Part shown: positions 36,961-49,200 of the stretch, piece after piece | Position numbering within the stretch: position 1 is the first letter of the stretch | How the letters are laid out: every line of letters begins with the position of its first letter | Translations under genes and position numbers: made by a program | From: Chiloscyllium plagiosum | Taxonomy: Eukaryota | Assembly (NCBI RefSeq): GCF_004010195.1 | Contig: NC_057751.1 | Span: forward strand, 6,769,934 to 6,833,933 | Direction of reading: 5' to 3' | DNA: 64,000 nt | Notes under the pieces: generated by a model | Told to the model about the DNA's origin: nothing | Seen by the model: the letters and a program-made list of their open reading frames with translations, nothing else | Database searches by the model: none

Positions 36961-38848
36961 GGGACCACATGTCCTACTTCTTCTCCCATTTCTTGTGTTT
37001 CAGCACAGTACTAGGGAATTGATGCACCGTTCACGCTGAGATGAAAAAAATCAAGTGAAGCTACGTTTGCCTGCTCCGGTGACTGCACAAGATCCTATGG
37101 TACAGTACAAATAAGACTTAAGTTGTGAACTGGACAACATTCTTCCATAAATCAAAAGCTGACATTGCAAGATTGCCTGGTCATTTGGCTGTTATTGTTT
37201 GTGACCTTATTTATGTAAACTGGCTATTGTGTTTGCCTTTTTTTTGCAAAGTAGAAGTGGACTTTTACAAAGCAATCATTATGCATTCAGGGACAAGTCT
37301 AGGACAATGCTCCTTTCCTTCAGTGCATTGAAGTGTCACCTTAGATTATACTCTGAATACATTGAGGTGTCAATTGAATCCATGGTCCTCTAAAATCTGA
37401 TACAGATCATTTATGAAAAAAAAGGCTTGAGCATTCAACAACATGCGCAAGCACAAATGCACACTAAAATAATCTGAATAGGTTTCCACCATCTGCAGTG
37501 ACTTTGAATGTTGCCAAATTAGACATGAATTGATTCTCTGTCGTCAGTGTATGCCTGTCTGTGAGGTGAGAGCTTCATGTTCGACTGCTCATTATCTCAG
37601 GACTTACAGGTAAACATAACTAAGAGTTGTAGCGATAGAATAACCCCCAAGGTCTCTTGAACATCTATCAAATGAATGCAGTGTCAATGTGACAGGATGT
37701 TAGATCCAAAAGTAACGAAGCATCTCTGACCAAGCCATCAAATTTATAATTAGCGTTGAGCTCATCACTGTATTTTTAAATACGCAGGGACAAATCACTT
37801 AGAATTTATTGGAATTTATGGTCTGAGACTGATGGTGCGATATTAGCAGCTGAATGCGTACAATTTAGTATGATGAAAGCCACGTTTCTTCCAGTTATAT
37901 TCATAACGTTTGTTACTCTGTTTAATTTAAGACCTCAATTAAAAAATAACACAGACCAACACAATACCAGTAATTTTAGTACAATATAGCAATGCTACCA
38001 AGACTATCTGCAGATGTAATAAGTTAAACGTTAGCAGATTTTTTTTTTGTTTGGGTAAGTGTCATTTTCAGGAAATTTAGAGAATCGTAGACTACTGGAA
38101 GACAGAAGCCTTCTAACACATTGTATCCATTTTTTTCTCCTCACCCTCTGTTAGCCCAGATTGTCCGGACTGAATCATCAACCATATATTTAAGACTATT
38201 TCCAGCAAGCTTTCATCGGGCTTTTTTTAATGTAGTCATGGTTCCTGGTTCCACCATCCTTTTTCATAGGGTGTTTCCCTCTTTGAGCTTTCAAGTTTGT
38301 GCTCAGGCAATTTTATGCTGTTCACCAAATTATGTACACAGCATGCTTCTGCGGTGCCCAGCTTGAGTTATTGTGTGCTCACCAAAGGCAGAAGTTATTT
38401 CTGATGTGGCACCACATTCATACCCTACCTCTTGCAAAAATGCCATCCCGTATTCCCAATTCCTCCGCCTCCGCTGTATCTGCTCCCAGGAGGACCAGTT
38501 CCTCCACAGAACACACCAGATGGCCTCTTCCTTTAGAGACCACAATTTCCCTTCCCACGTGGTTAAGGATGCCCTCCAATGCATCTCGTCCACATCCCGC
38601 ACCTCCGCCCTCAGACCCCACCCCTCCAACCGTAACAAGGACAGAACGCCCCTGGTGCTCACCTTCCACCCAACCAACCTTCGCATAAACCAAATCATCC
38701 GCCGACATTTCCGCCACCTCCAAAAAGACCCCACCACCAGGGATATATTTCCCTCCCCACACCTTTCCGCCTTCCGCAAAGACCGTTCACTTCGTGACAA
38801 CCTGGTCAGGTCCACGACCCCCTACAACCCACCCTCCCATCCTGGCAC

Positions 38849-39119
38849 NNNNNNNNNNNNNNNNNNNNNNNNNNNNNNNNNNNNNNNNNNNNNNNNNNNN
38901 NNNNNNNNNNNNNNNNNNNNNNNNNNNNNNNNNNNNNNNNNNNNNNNNNNNNNNNNNNNNNNNNNNNNNNNNNNNNNNNNNNNNNNNNNNNNNNNNNNNN
39001 NNNNNNNNNNNNNNNNNNNNNNNNNNNNNNNNNNNNNNNNNNNNNNNNNNNNNNNNNNNNNNNNNNNNNNNNNNNNNNNNNNNNNNNNNNNNNNNNNNNN
39101 NNNNNNNNNNNNNNNNNNN
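38849..39119. other. Assembly gap (N run)
   Basis: 271 N. Confidence 1.
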
Positions 39120-39243
39120 CAACCTCCCCCCGCCCCTATCACCTTCATCCCCTCCCCCAATCACCTATTGTACTCTATGCTACTTTCTCCCCACCCCTAC
39201 CCTCCTCTAGCTTATCTCTCCATGCTTCAGGCTCTCTGCCTTT

Positions 39244-39279
39244 ATTCCTGATGAAGGGCTTTTGCCCGAAACATCGATT
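39244..39279 (+). ncRNA. Minimal type I hammerhead ribozyme motif
   Basis: ATTC-CTGATGA(39248)-A-GGGC-TTTT-GCCC-GAAAC-ATC-GATT with a perfect stem II. GTC>ATC is consistent with CpG decay. Confidence 0.8.
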
Positions 39280-39569
39280 TTACTGCTCCTTGGATGCTGC
39301 CTGAACTGCTGTGCTATTCCAGCACCACTCATCCAGAACCACATTCATAGCCCAGCTGCACACCAGCTGAAGCTCTGCCTCAGGAACTGCCATTCACAGT
39401 CCTCACAATGGGTGATAAATTACCAGGATCGTTCATGTGACAACTATACCAGGGTGTGTTGGGAACTACACAAAAGCTATTTCGTTCCTGTTCAATTTAC
39501 CAGGGGTGTGTTGCGATTAGTGGGATAATACTCTTAATGTGAGCTTAAAATCTTGGAATTTGCTTCACG

Positions 39570-39685
39570 ACTACTGAAGAAGGGTCACACCTGAAATGTT
39601 GACTTCTCCATCTCCTGATGCTGCCTGGCTTGCTGTGTATTTCCAGCCTCCTGCTTGGCTACTTTTGATTCCAGCATCTGCAGTA
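39570..39685 (+). mobile_element. Solo Penelope-type pLTR (third variant) with decayed hammerhead
   Basis: CTGAAGA-A-GGGT-CAC-ACCT-GAAAT-GTT then GATGCTGCCTGG...CCAGCATCTGCAG. Confidence 0.7.
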
Positions 39686-40282
39686 AAACTGAATCAAGTG
39701 AAATTATGATCTATTAAGCTTGTTACTAACTGGGATCTGACTAATCCAGTTTCATGAACTGCTGGATTTATTGCATTAATAAAAGGGCCACAACTGCTGT
39801 AAAAAGATGAGCAGTGACAAGTCGCTCAGAGTGCAAAGGCCATTTTTGAAAGAGCCTGCTTAAAAAGGCAGGAAGGTCAGGGATTACATGAATTGGAGGG
39901 ATGCCTGCATTGGCAGAGGGGCCCTCTCCAAGGTGTCATTCCATCATTTTTCCCTGCCAATCAAAACCTGCTTCCATCCCCCTCTTTCCCCTCCCAATGC
40001 ACTCAGAACTTTTGCCTTCATTATAGCCACTGGATTTGTCATCTTCTTCCTGCAACTATTTGTAATCCTACTACAGAGCTCTACATCTTCCTGTTGCCTG
40101 GAGCAGTCAGTCATCAACCAGATTGGTCCGATCTCTTGTCCACTTGTAACTGGCAGATTATTTTCATTATAATGAAATGGAGGGTTTGGAATTTTAACAG
40201 CAGTGGAGTGCCACTTTTCCTGAGTTTCTGGCAGAAAAGACGACCCTAAACTTCTGTCCAGACATGAATGCTCTCACCCTAT

Positions 40283-40642
40283 AGGTGAGGCGATGGCCTA
40301 AATTATTAGTATTATTGCTAGATTACTAATCCAGAGACCCAGGTAACGTCCTGCGGACTCTGGTTCAATTCCCACCATGACAGATAGTGGAATTTGAGTT
40401 CAAGAAATAAAAATCTTCTATAAAGAGTTCATGATGACCTTGAATCTACCGTCAGTTGTCAGAATATCACATCTGATTCACTCATGTCCTTTAGGAAAGT
40501 AAAGTGCCATCTCTACCAGATCTGGCTTGCATGTGACCCCAGGCTCACAGCAGTGAAGTTGATTCTTAGCTACCTTGTGGGCAATTAGGTTATCGGCAAT
40601 AAATGCTGGCCTAGCCAGTTATGCCCTTATCCAATGAAAAAG
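40283..40642 (+). mobile_element. tRNA-derived SINE (second family)
   Basis: Head GAGGCGATGGCC, B-box GGTTCAATTCC, tail GGCAATAAATGCTGGCCTAGCCAG..AAAAAGAAAA. Confidence 0.75.
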
Positions 40643-41149
40643 AAAAGGTTTGCTAAGTACTCGATTGCCCTATTCATATGATCTCCTCCTTATATTCCTG
40701 AGCCAGTGAGCCTAACTACATGTCTGGAGATTACTGTGCATTTCCTCTCAGAGGATTGTAAAATTGTGGAATTCTTCACCACAGTACGCTGTCAAGGCTG
40801 TTCATTAAGTACATTCAAGGCTGAGACAGATATCTTGAATCAGGGGGGCAATCATGGATGTGGGGATAAGGCAGGAAAGTGGAATTCAGGATCATCAGAT
40901 CAGCCAAGATCTTAATGAGCAGTGGAGCAGAACAGCCTCAATGGGCTGAAAGGCCCGTATCTGCTTCTCTGGCTTAACACTTATCCTAGATTTAATAAAA
41001 AGCTGCAAATTAAGATCAAACAGAAAACGTGTCATAATGAACACCACTGATTCATTGTTACTAGGATTGCAGTGTCAGTTTTAAAAGTCAAGATTTTGGA
41101 ATTAGTCTATTTTTGCACCCCCGCCCCCCTCCCCCTTTAATGCTGTCAA

Positions 41150-42200
41150 GTAGGTGATGTGCATTTCCAGACCGCTAAGTTCTGTGGTGAGGAAACATGT
41201 CAAAGCATTTATTTGGGACAGCATAAATGGTCACACACAAAAATGTTATTTCTTTTCTTGAGAGTCAGCATGGATTTGTTAAGGAGGGAAATCAAATCTC
41301 TAACTCAGATTTTTTGAAGATGGAAGAGAGGTTTACTGATGAGAAGGCTTTGACTGATGTACATGGACTGCCAAAAGGCTTTTGCTCTCATACCATACAA
41401 CAAATGAGGGAAAAATCAGATTATGGAATAAAAAGGGACAGTAACAAGATGGGTACAAATTTGGCTGAGGGGTAGGAAATGAATAGTGATCATTGCTACT
41501 TTTTAGGCTGGAGAAATGTTAATAGTGGAGTTCCTCACATTGCTTTTCCTGTTATGGAATTGAACAAGATCTGTGTAGGGGACAGTTTAAAAGTTTATGA
41601 ATGACAAAAACGTTGGTGGAATTACAAAAACACTGAGGAGGATAACGCAGAACTTGGAAAAGGATAACGGATATGTTGGAGTAGGCAGATAGATGGAAGA
41701 TGAATTTCAGTGCAGAGACGTGTGACATGATACACCCTTGTTCAAAGAGCATGGGCAGACATTACAAAATAAAGGATGTGAGAGAGCAGAGACCTGCATG
41801 TGTATAAGGCATTAGAAATGTGGCAGTACAGGTAGAGATCGCTGTTACTAAAACAGGGATTTTAGGCTTAATCAGTATTGCATACAGTACAAAAGCTGGG
41901 AGATGATGACGACTTTGTATGACAGTGGCTGGATCTCAGCTGAAGTGTTTTGCATAGATCTGGGCACCACAGTTGAGGGATGTAAATGTTTTGAAGTCCA
42001 GGAGAGGTTTACAACAATGGTTCCCGAGATGCCACACTAGCAAAGAAAGAAAATTGCAAAATTTGGGACCAATTTGCTTGGAGAAGGAAAAGCAGAGACT
42101 TGACAGAAGCTTCCAAAATCTGGAAAGGTCTGGATAGAGCAGATTGGGAGATATTATTGCCAGTAAAGCAGATTGAGATACCAGAGGACACAGTTTCAAA
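41150..42200 (+). mobile_element. Degraded CR1 RT region
   Basis: ESQHGFVK, W..WKMNF..C and RGHSFK remnants with many indels. Confidence 0.75.
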
Positions 42201-45200
42201 AGGGTTGGATTTTGTAGGAGTTTGAGCCATGTGGGCTATGAGATTTGAGGCCAACATCCACTGAGCCCTATCTTCATATATCTGCATGTTAGCTGAATGA
42301 TGAGTCAGTCAGTCAGTCTTCCATGAGGCAGCCACGAGTTTCCAATTAAGGAGGTTTTAGAATGTGAAGTGCTGACTGATGTCACCACTCACCTCAATTA
42401 TTCAGCTTCCTATCTCACCAAACAAGCCAGACAAAGAAATTGCAAGATCAGAGTGGGTACTTAGTGACCTGAGCTGGCTACTTGCTGTGACAGACCTCCA
42501 TAATTCTGAAGACCAAAGTCTGTGGTCTCCACATGAGGAGGCTGGGTGAAAAATGGGAAAAGGTGAGGCGAAAGGGGACGTGGATACTCAGGTGGATGTG
42601 AGGGGATTGTGGCAACTAGACGGTGTCCACTGGGAATTGTGCTCTGTTGTCACTTTTTGCATTCTAGACATGCAGTGACACTGAAAATAGCTCAGACAGC
42701 ACGATCAGTTACAGTTTGTTGAGCGATGGAATGGGATCCATGTATATTGAACATGGAATGTGAAAATACATGCAACATGCACTTGTAAATTCCATTTCAT
42801 TTCATTGCTCTGCAAGGGACTGTCAGTCATTTCACATTTGTGCAGCAAGTGTGCCCTTGTCGCTACTGTGCCATGTTGATGAGGGATAGAAGAATAGAAT
42901 AGAATAGAATCCCTATAGTTTGGCCCAACAAGTCCACATCAACCATCAGAAGTGTAACCACCCAGACCACTCCCCTCTACGCCAATTGCTAACACTTGCC
43001 ATGGTGCTTAGCAGCCTCTTAGAGATGGCAAAGGCGCATGGGATGCTGATTTATCTATCAATATTTCCTGATCTGCGAGTTACTCTAGAAATGGCAAGTC
43101 TGGTCAAATGGGGAAACAATTGGATGAGACTCCCATCTTGGGTGGGTGTCAGGAAATCACAAGCCAAGTTTGCTATTTATGGTAAGAAATTGCATGGCAA
43201 GAATCCCTCAAAAAACAACACTAACAAATCGCACTTAGCCATAAAATGGTATGATTCAGCAAAACTACTTCTGCAAAGTGAGATGAGGCAAATCTTGATT
43301 GCACAAGCTACAGCGAGAAGCACCTTAACTCATTTTACAATTGTCATTCAAATTAATGACCTGTCTACTGAAGGGGGAGATGCAACCGCTATCCAACAAG
43401 ACCAACCTTGACTTGAGGTAAACCTCTTTAAAAGATTGAGTATCAATATGAGGCACCATGGGAAAGTATTGCCTATTTTAACATAACAATGCATTTGGTA
43501 ATAATTCTAGACAAAAGTATTGGAGGAGTTTCATCAGTATGTTGGGAACTATTGATGGACAACTTATTGGAACCAAAATGGAGGAGTTGTCTGGAAACCC
43601 AATCTGATATTCAAGCAAGTTTTAGAAATAATGGCAGTAGATGTCACAGCTTGACTTGAAAATGATGAAAAGGCATTCAAATGTTAATGTCTCAACCAGG
43701 AAATAACCAAATTGACAGGAGGCTGAGAGTCCATTCATTTTGAATTATAATGGGCACTAGAGGCACATGGCTAGGACTAAACAACAGTTTGATGCCTCAT
43801 TTGCGTATTTAATGCTGGAACTACTTTAAATTTTTACTGACAATTCATTGACTTTTATCTGCCCAGTGAATTATTGGATGTAGCACTAGTTCATGCAGAT
43901 TAATATTTATATTTAGTTATGTTTGTTTTCCATTAATTTGTGATATTTTGTTCAATTTTCCTTAGTATATCTTAAGCTTTTCTTCCCCAATGTTTCATTA
44001 ATCTTGTCTGATTAAGTTTGTTTTATTAAGTGGAGTAATGGTAGTGGATAATGAAATATCGCAAAGTGTTGGGTTTTAATAAATAACACATGAAATAACT
44101 AGTTATCTAACCTGAAGGGTGTTGCGTAGTTTACCATTCTCCTCATTTTAATTAACTCCACACTTAAATTGGCATCGGCACCATATTGTCCCGAGACCAC
44201 ACACTTTCACATGAATTCCTGTGGTATGGCAATATTGATCTTTCGAACATCAACAAGCAAAGGAAATGTTTGAAAGAGGTACCTTCTGTGTTTGAGTGTA
44301 TTAAGAGAGTCAAATGCCTTGTCATCTAATTAGTGATGCATATGAATGTATGATTTCCCCACTGTCTCTACATAATATCTAGCAAAGCTACAGACAAGGG
44401 AATGGGCTGAGCAAAATAATCGTTAAGTTTGACTCTCGTTAAGAGGCATCAGACTTTTAGAATAAGTGGGAAGCTTCAGCTGGCTCTTTTAAAACCTTAT
44501 TTATTAAAAGCTTAGCCAAAGAGGCACGTCCCACAGGGCTCTTGCTTCTAGTCAGAATTGCCGGGGTGACAGACCCAGTCTTTTGGGAGCAAAAAGAATT
44601 TGTACACACACTGCATTTGTTTAGTTTTAATCTCATCTGCAAGTTGATAGCAACACTGATAAATGGGAATCGAACTATGAGAATAAAGATTGACAGTTAA
44701 CTGCTCTTGCTTCCGCTTCATGCCAATGGTGGCCCAACCAGTCAGCATTCTCTTCTCATTCTCTATAACTTGGTGTCTTTGTTTCTTCTGATCTCGTCCT
44801 GATGTGTGCAAGACAAAAAAGCTCACCTCTTTCTAGCAATATAAAAGAGGGAAATTACTCAACAACTTCGCACTGTGGATAATGAGGAGTTAAAAACTTT
44901 CAGGTTTGCTGTACCAGGCTCCTAATCTCTGTCATCCCTTTTGATTGGAGTATTTGGAGAATTAAGGGATGTACTGCATTTTTCTGTAATTGAGATGTTT
45001 TCTTCTCACTTTCAATTTTTCTTCCTAATGTTTGTGGCAAAGGTCTGCTTCCTGTAATAGTGCCTTACCAATTGATTGGAGGCATTCAGAGTGGAAACAG
45101 TGAAGGAAATGGGATTCAGTAGATAGTTCCTGTTGCGACATGTGGGCTAAAGTACTTTCTTCTTAAATGCCAAATAAACAACTAGCAGGTGGATGGATAA

Positions 45201-45283
45201 GTCGTGATCAAATTGAATAGTAAAACTGGTTGAATGGCCTGTGTTCCTACTCATTGGCAAATCATGACTAGGTCAAATTTTCA

Positions 45284-45475
45284 AGGAGAAAGTGAGGACT
45301 GCAGATGCTGGAGATCAGAGCTGAAAAGTGTGTTGCTGGAAAAGCGCAGCAGGTCAGACAGCATCCAAGGAGCAGGAGAATCGACGTTTTGGGCATAAGC
45401 CCTTCTTCCTGATTCTCCTGCTCCTTGGATGCTGCCTGACCTGCTGCGCTTTTCCAGCAACACATTTTTCAGCTC
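45284..45475. mobile_element. 192-bp fold-back Penelope-pLTR mini-element with ~12-bp TSD
   Basis: 65-bp inverted arms at 45318-45382 and 45411-45475 (63/65 identical). TSD GTCAAATTTTCA (45272-45283) / GTCAAATTTCCA (45477-45488). Confidence 0.88.
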
Positions 45476-46039
45476 AGTCAAATTTCCACACTCCCTTCAG
45501 AGATGTTTGAATGCTAATGCAGCAAAATCACCCAAGACATGAGATAATTGTTCTCAGGTGATGGCTCCTTCATCTGTTATTAATTTTGTAGATAAATTGC
45601 CACAATGTTTTTTCATAGTAGGGGTGAGCATGGCTACTTGGTCTTAGAGGAAAGGCATTGTGAAGTTCCCCCCCAAAGAAAAGCTGCTGTTAAAATATTT
45701 CCGTAACCATGACCATAAGGATATCCCAGATGTTTGGTCTTAATCTTTCAGAACCCAAAAGATCACCTCCCTCCTCCTCAAATTGACACAGAGGGGATGA
45801 CAGTTGAGGCATTCATGATCAAGCCATTCAGATCCTTGCACAACTAGAATAGGGTAGTTTCCCAGAAAGGCCAAGGGGAGAAATACTGGGAGGTTTCACA
45901 AAAATGGGGAATGCAGTTGCAGATGGGGAAGGAATAACAAAACAATTGGCAGAAGCAGGTATCTGCCAGCTCAAAAGAATACTCAATGTTGAGGAGGTAT
46001 GGAAGGAGGAGGAACTGTTGGCCATTGGTCAGACTATTG

Positions 46040-46215
46040 AATGTACTCTCTCGCCTCAAGTAATGCTGATTTTGCTAACATTGATCTCTCTTGTACGCCC
46101 TGTGCAATGTAAACTGTATGCCTCCATCAAAATCTTTTGTTTTATACTTTCTTACGGTGATCTGCTTGTACTGCTTATAAACAAAGCTTTTCACTGTACG
46201 TGACTAAGTCAAGTT
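46040..46215 (+). mobile_element. Possible Rex1/Babar-type LINE 3' tail
   Basis: Tail-like CTTGTACTGC..AAACAAAGCTTTTCACTGTAC..GTGAC. Pattern recognition only. Confidence 0.4.
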
Positions 46216-49200
46216 GAGTAAAACAGATCATAGTCCTCATCCAGGAGACATACGAAAGAGATTCTAAATCACAACTTGATTGAACAAGTGTGTGATGTCA
46301 TTGAGATGCCGGTCAAAATTTTTCAGGGCCTTTCAACTTGATCATGAGGTCACTTCCATTTGGAATCTTTTAAAGATATGGACTTGGCAGAGCCTGACAG
46401 TTTTCTTTCAAAAGGAAATTTGGAACCCTAAATTGTGTTGTGGCCTGCACCTTGAAATAATTATACTGTGTGCATCAACAGGTGCTGAAGTTGTCAAAGT
46501 TAATGAAAAATAATTTACACTCAGCCATAATAATGCTTCTTTAAATAATTTTATTTGCAATTAGTATCATCTCTTACAGAAGCATTTGGCACAATTGATA
46601 ACATTTACCTTCGAGTTAAGGTAACATAACCTTAAAGCCAGAACTGGTCAATTCCAGAGGGGAATGTGGAAACATTTGTCTGCACAAAATGGTGCTCTTT
46701 TTAAGAGCTCTTTTCCACAAATGCAGCTGATCATTGCCCAATAAACAAATTTAAATCTGAGCTCCTTAGATTTTTGCTACTTGTGAAGAACTCAGGAACA
46801 TCAAGCCAGGAGGTAGATAGAGTGAGAATGTAGATCAACCATAGTCTTAACAACTGACAGAACTAATACAATGGGGTATCATTCTGCTAATAATGTCACT
46901 GATGATGCTGCTTTGATACCAGTTGAGGACAAGCTGAGAGAATGCAGAGTGAAGCAGGTCATGAGCAAGAGCAGTGCTAACTGACATGTCTGAAGCACAG
47001 AAGGATAAGGGATGAGAGTGCTATCGTGCTTAAGAAAGTGAGAGCAGTGTGGACTAAGAGCAGCAGTAGCTGAATAGAAACAGAGCAGCCTAAGTGCAAG
47101 TGTAGATCCCCCTTGAATTACAAAATGCTAAGGGGGCAAGAGAGTGATAATCACAGTATGCTCACAAAACATCCAGCCTCAAACTTCTCTGCAAATAGAA
47201 ATGCACTGAAAATGCTAAATGTGGGCCATGTTGCAATCTTCATATCCTTCAAACAGCTGAAAGTCATTCACACAAATAGTTAACATGCCTGCATTGGATT
47301 TCACAACATGACCCTTTCATTTGGTAAAATGATGCAGAATGCAAGAAGATATATGGCTGGTTCATTTGTTGTTAGTATATTTTGGTTGTTGAATAATTCA
47401 GAGATGAAAGGCCAGAATACTGGTAGACTCCCATGCTGCTGCACAACTGTTGGATCTAAACATTTATGTTATCATTCATCACCTGCATGGATTTTTTTTA
47501 ATGTCTCATCTGAACCATGGCCATCTCTGTTAATAAAGCAGAGATTAGTGTAACAGCCTGGTGTGGAGTTTAAATCCACATTCTTCTGTCAGCACTCAAA
47601 TCAATCAACTACATGAATCAGACAGGAGGTAAAATTGGTTGGTTTTCAAATAAAGATATTCAAGAGGAAGAAAGAAAATTGGCCCAAAACATACAGACTG
47701 TTAACGTTAAATGATTAAATTAAGCAAGCTGTGTCAAACTTTTCATTTCAAATAAAGCTGATTTGGCATTTTTTTATTCCGCCATTTCCTGGAATGGTTT
47801 TGCTCCTACACAACCTTGAACAGATTTTGCAGTTTTTGCTGTCTTCGTAAATTGACATGCCCTGTGCCCACCACATGGGGGAAGTAGGAAATTGTTGTGG
47901 AGCATGATGACTTAGGGGCAGTTTTTTTTAAAAAAACAAAAGCTGAAATAGATCAATTACAAGAATCACCAAACGTAATTTGCAGAGAGCATAATTCTGT
48001 GAAAAAGCAAGACCCAAGCATTTAAAATGATTATACTGACAAGCCAGGAGTCAAGTCTGAGGCAGTCATCCCTTCCTTCTCAGTAGTACCTCATACTTGC
48101 AGCCCAATGACCTTAAGGTTTCAGCAGCTCTGTAGTTTTGCCAATTTATAACAGATGGACATTTTAAGTTCAGTAGGTCTTGCTTTGGCCAAACCCACAG
48201 TCTTCTTCCTGCTGTACTATTTTTGGGCATGACTTTAGCCAGGACCCTTTATTTTGACATTGAGGTTCAGTAATTCCTTCGCAGCTAAGAAGCAGTGTAC
48301 CACAAGTTTCCTCCTCTGTAGATACTGCTTTATGTCAGCTGGTCAGAGCAGAATCTTAGACTGGGGTCAGACCACCAGCAGTTGGCAAGGGATTGGATTT
48401 GTTAGTTTAGTGAGAAAGAACAGAAGCTGGACAGAGGAACTGGAGATCAAGGGCGACAGTTGTGGGCAGACTTGTGATTGGAAGCTGGGCAGGTGGAGGT
48501 TGCAAGATCATAAGAAGGTGGCAATACTCTATAACGATTAGAGGCTGTGGGGAAGATCACAAGCTGGGGAACTGGCTGCTCGGAAGTGGGACACAAAAAA
48601 ACTGGGTGGATGATTACAAGCTGCGACAGAGATCTAAGCCTAATTTGGTGATTAGTGAGAGTGTGTTAGCAGCCGTCCATAATCTTGACATTTGATGATG
48701 GAGACAGGAAGGATCACTCCTGCATCTCTCCACTCCACAGTGCATTTGATCAAGTTCAGATTTTTAAAAAAAATCTCATTGACTAAAAGCATTGGCATTC
48801 AGTGAAACAATCTCATTGTCTCACCACAACGAGCATTTGGCCTTAAACTTGCTTAAGCTGAAACGCATCATCCATTCTTCTAATCTTGGGAATTCAAACA
48901 TTTCTCTTTCCAATAGTAGATGACATTTCCAGCAGGCAATGTGCACACTTGCTTCCTTATCAGCACCAAAATGACAACTTATATGCTCATTAGCGACTGA
49001 ATTAAATAGGCTCTAGACAGATCCACTGAAAGTGTCGAGATTTTAAAATCTTCTGGAATGTTGGTTATCCCACAGAAAGTAGATAAATGTGTCGGATAAT
49101 GCCCTATTTAGTTGTGATTTCAGACGCATTGGTCACATGTATTTGGACATTTTCTTCAGTCACAAGGCCACCTCCATCTTTCAGAATCTGAGCTCCCTTT

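Larger units (their letters stand above)
38423..39337 (+). mobile_element. 5'-truncated Penelope-like element with 12-bp TSD (gap inside)
   Basis: CKNAIPYSQFLRLRCICS..PLVLTFHP..AFRKDRSLRDNLVRS, a pLTR with hammerhead, and ACCACATTCATA at 38411-38422 and 39338-39349. Confidence 0.92.

Noticed and set aside
38373..39251. 292-aa ORF and other X-containing ORFs
   Set aside because: Lengths are inflated by reading through N gaps; only the Penelope part is meaningful.
45904..46040. GNAVAD...KQLA resembling an RNase H C-terminus
   Set aside because: Single short motif, upstream stop, no other pol motifs.
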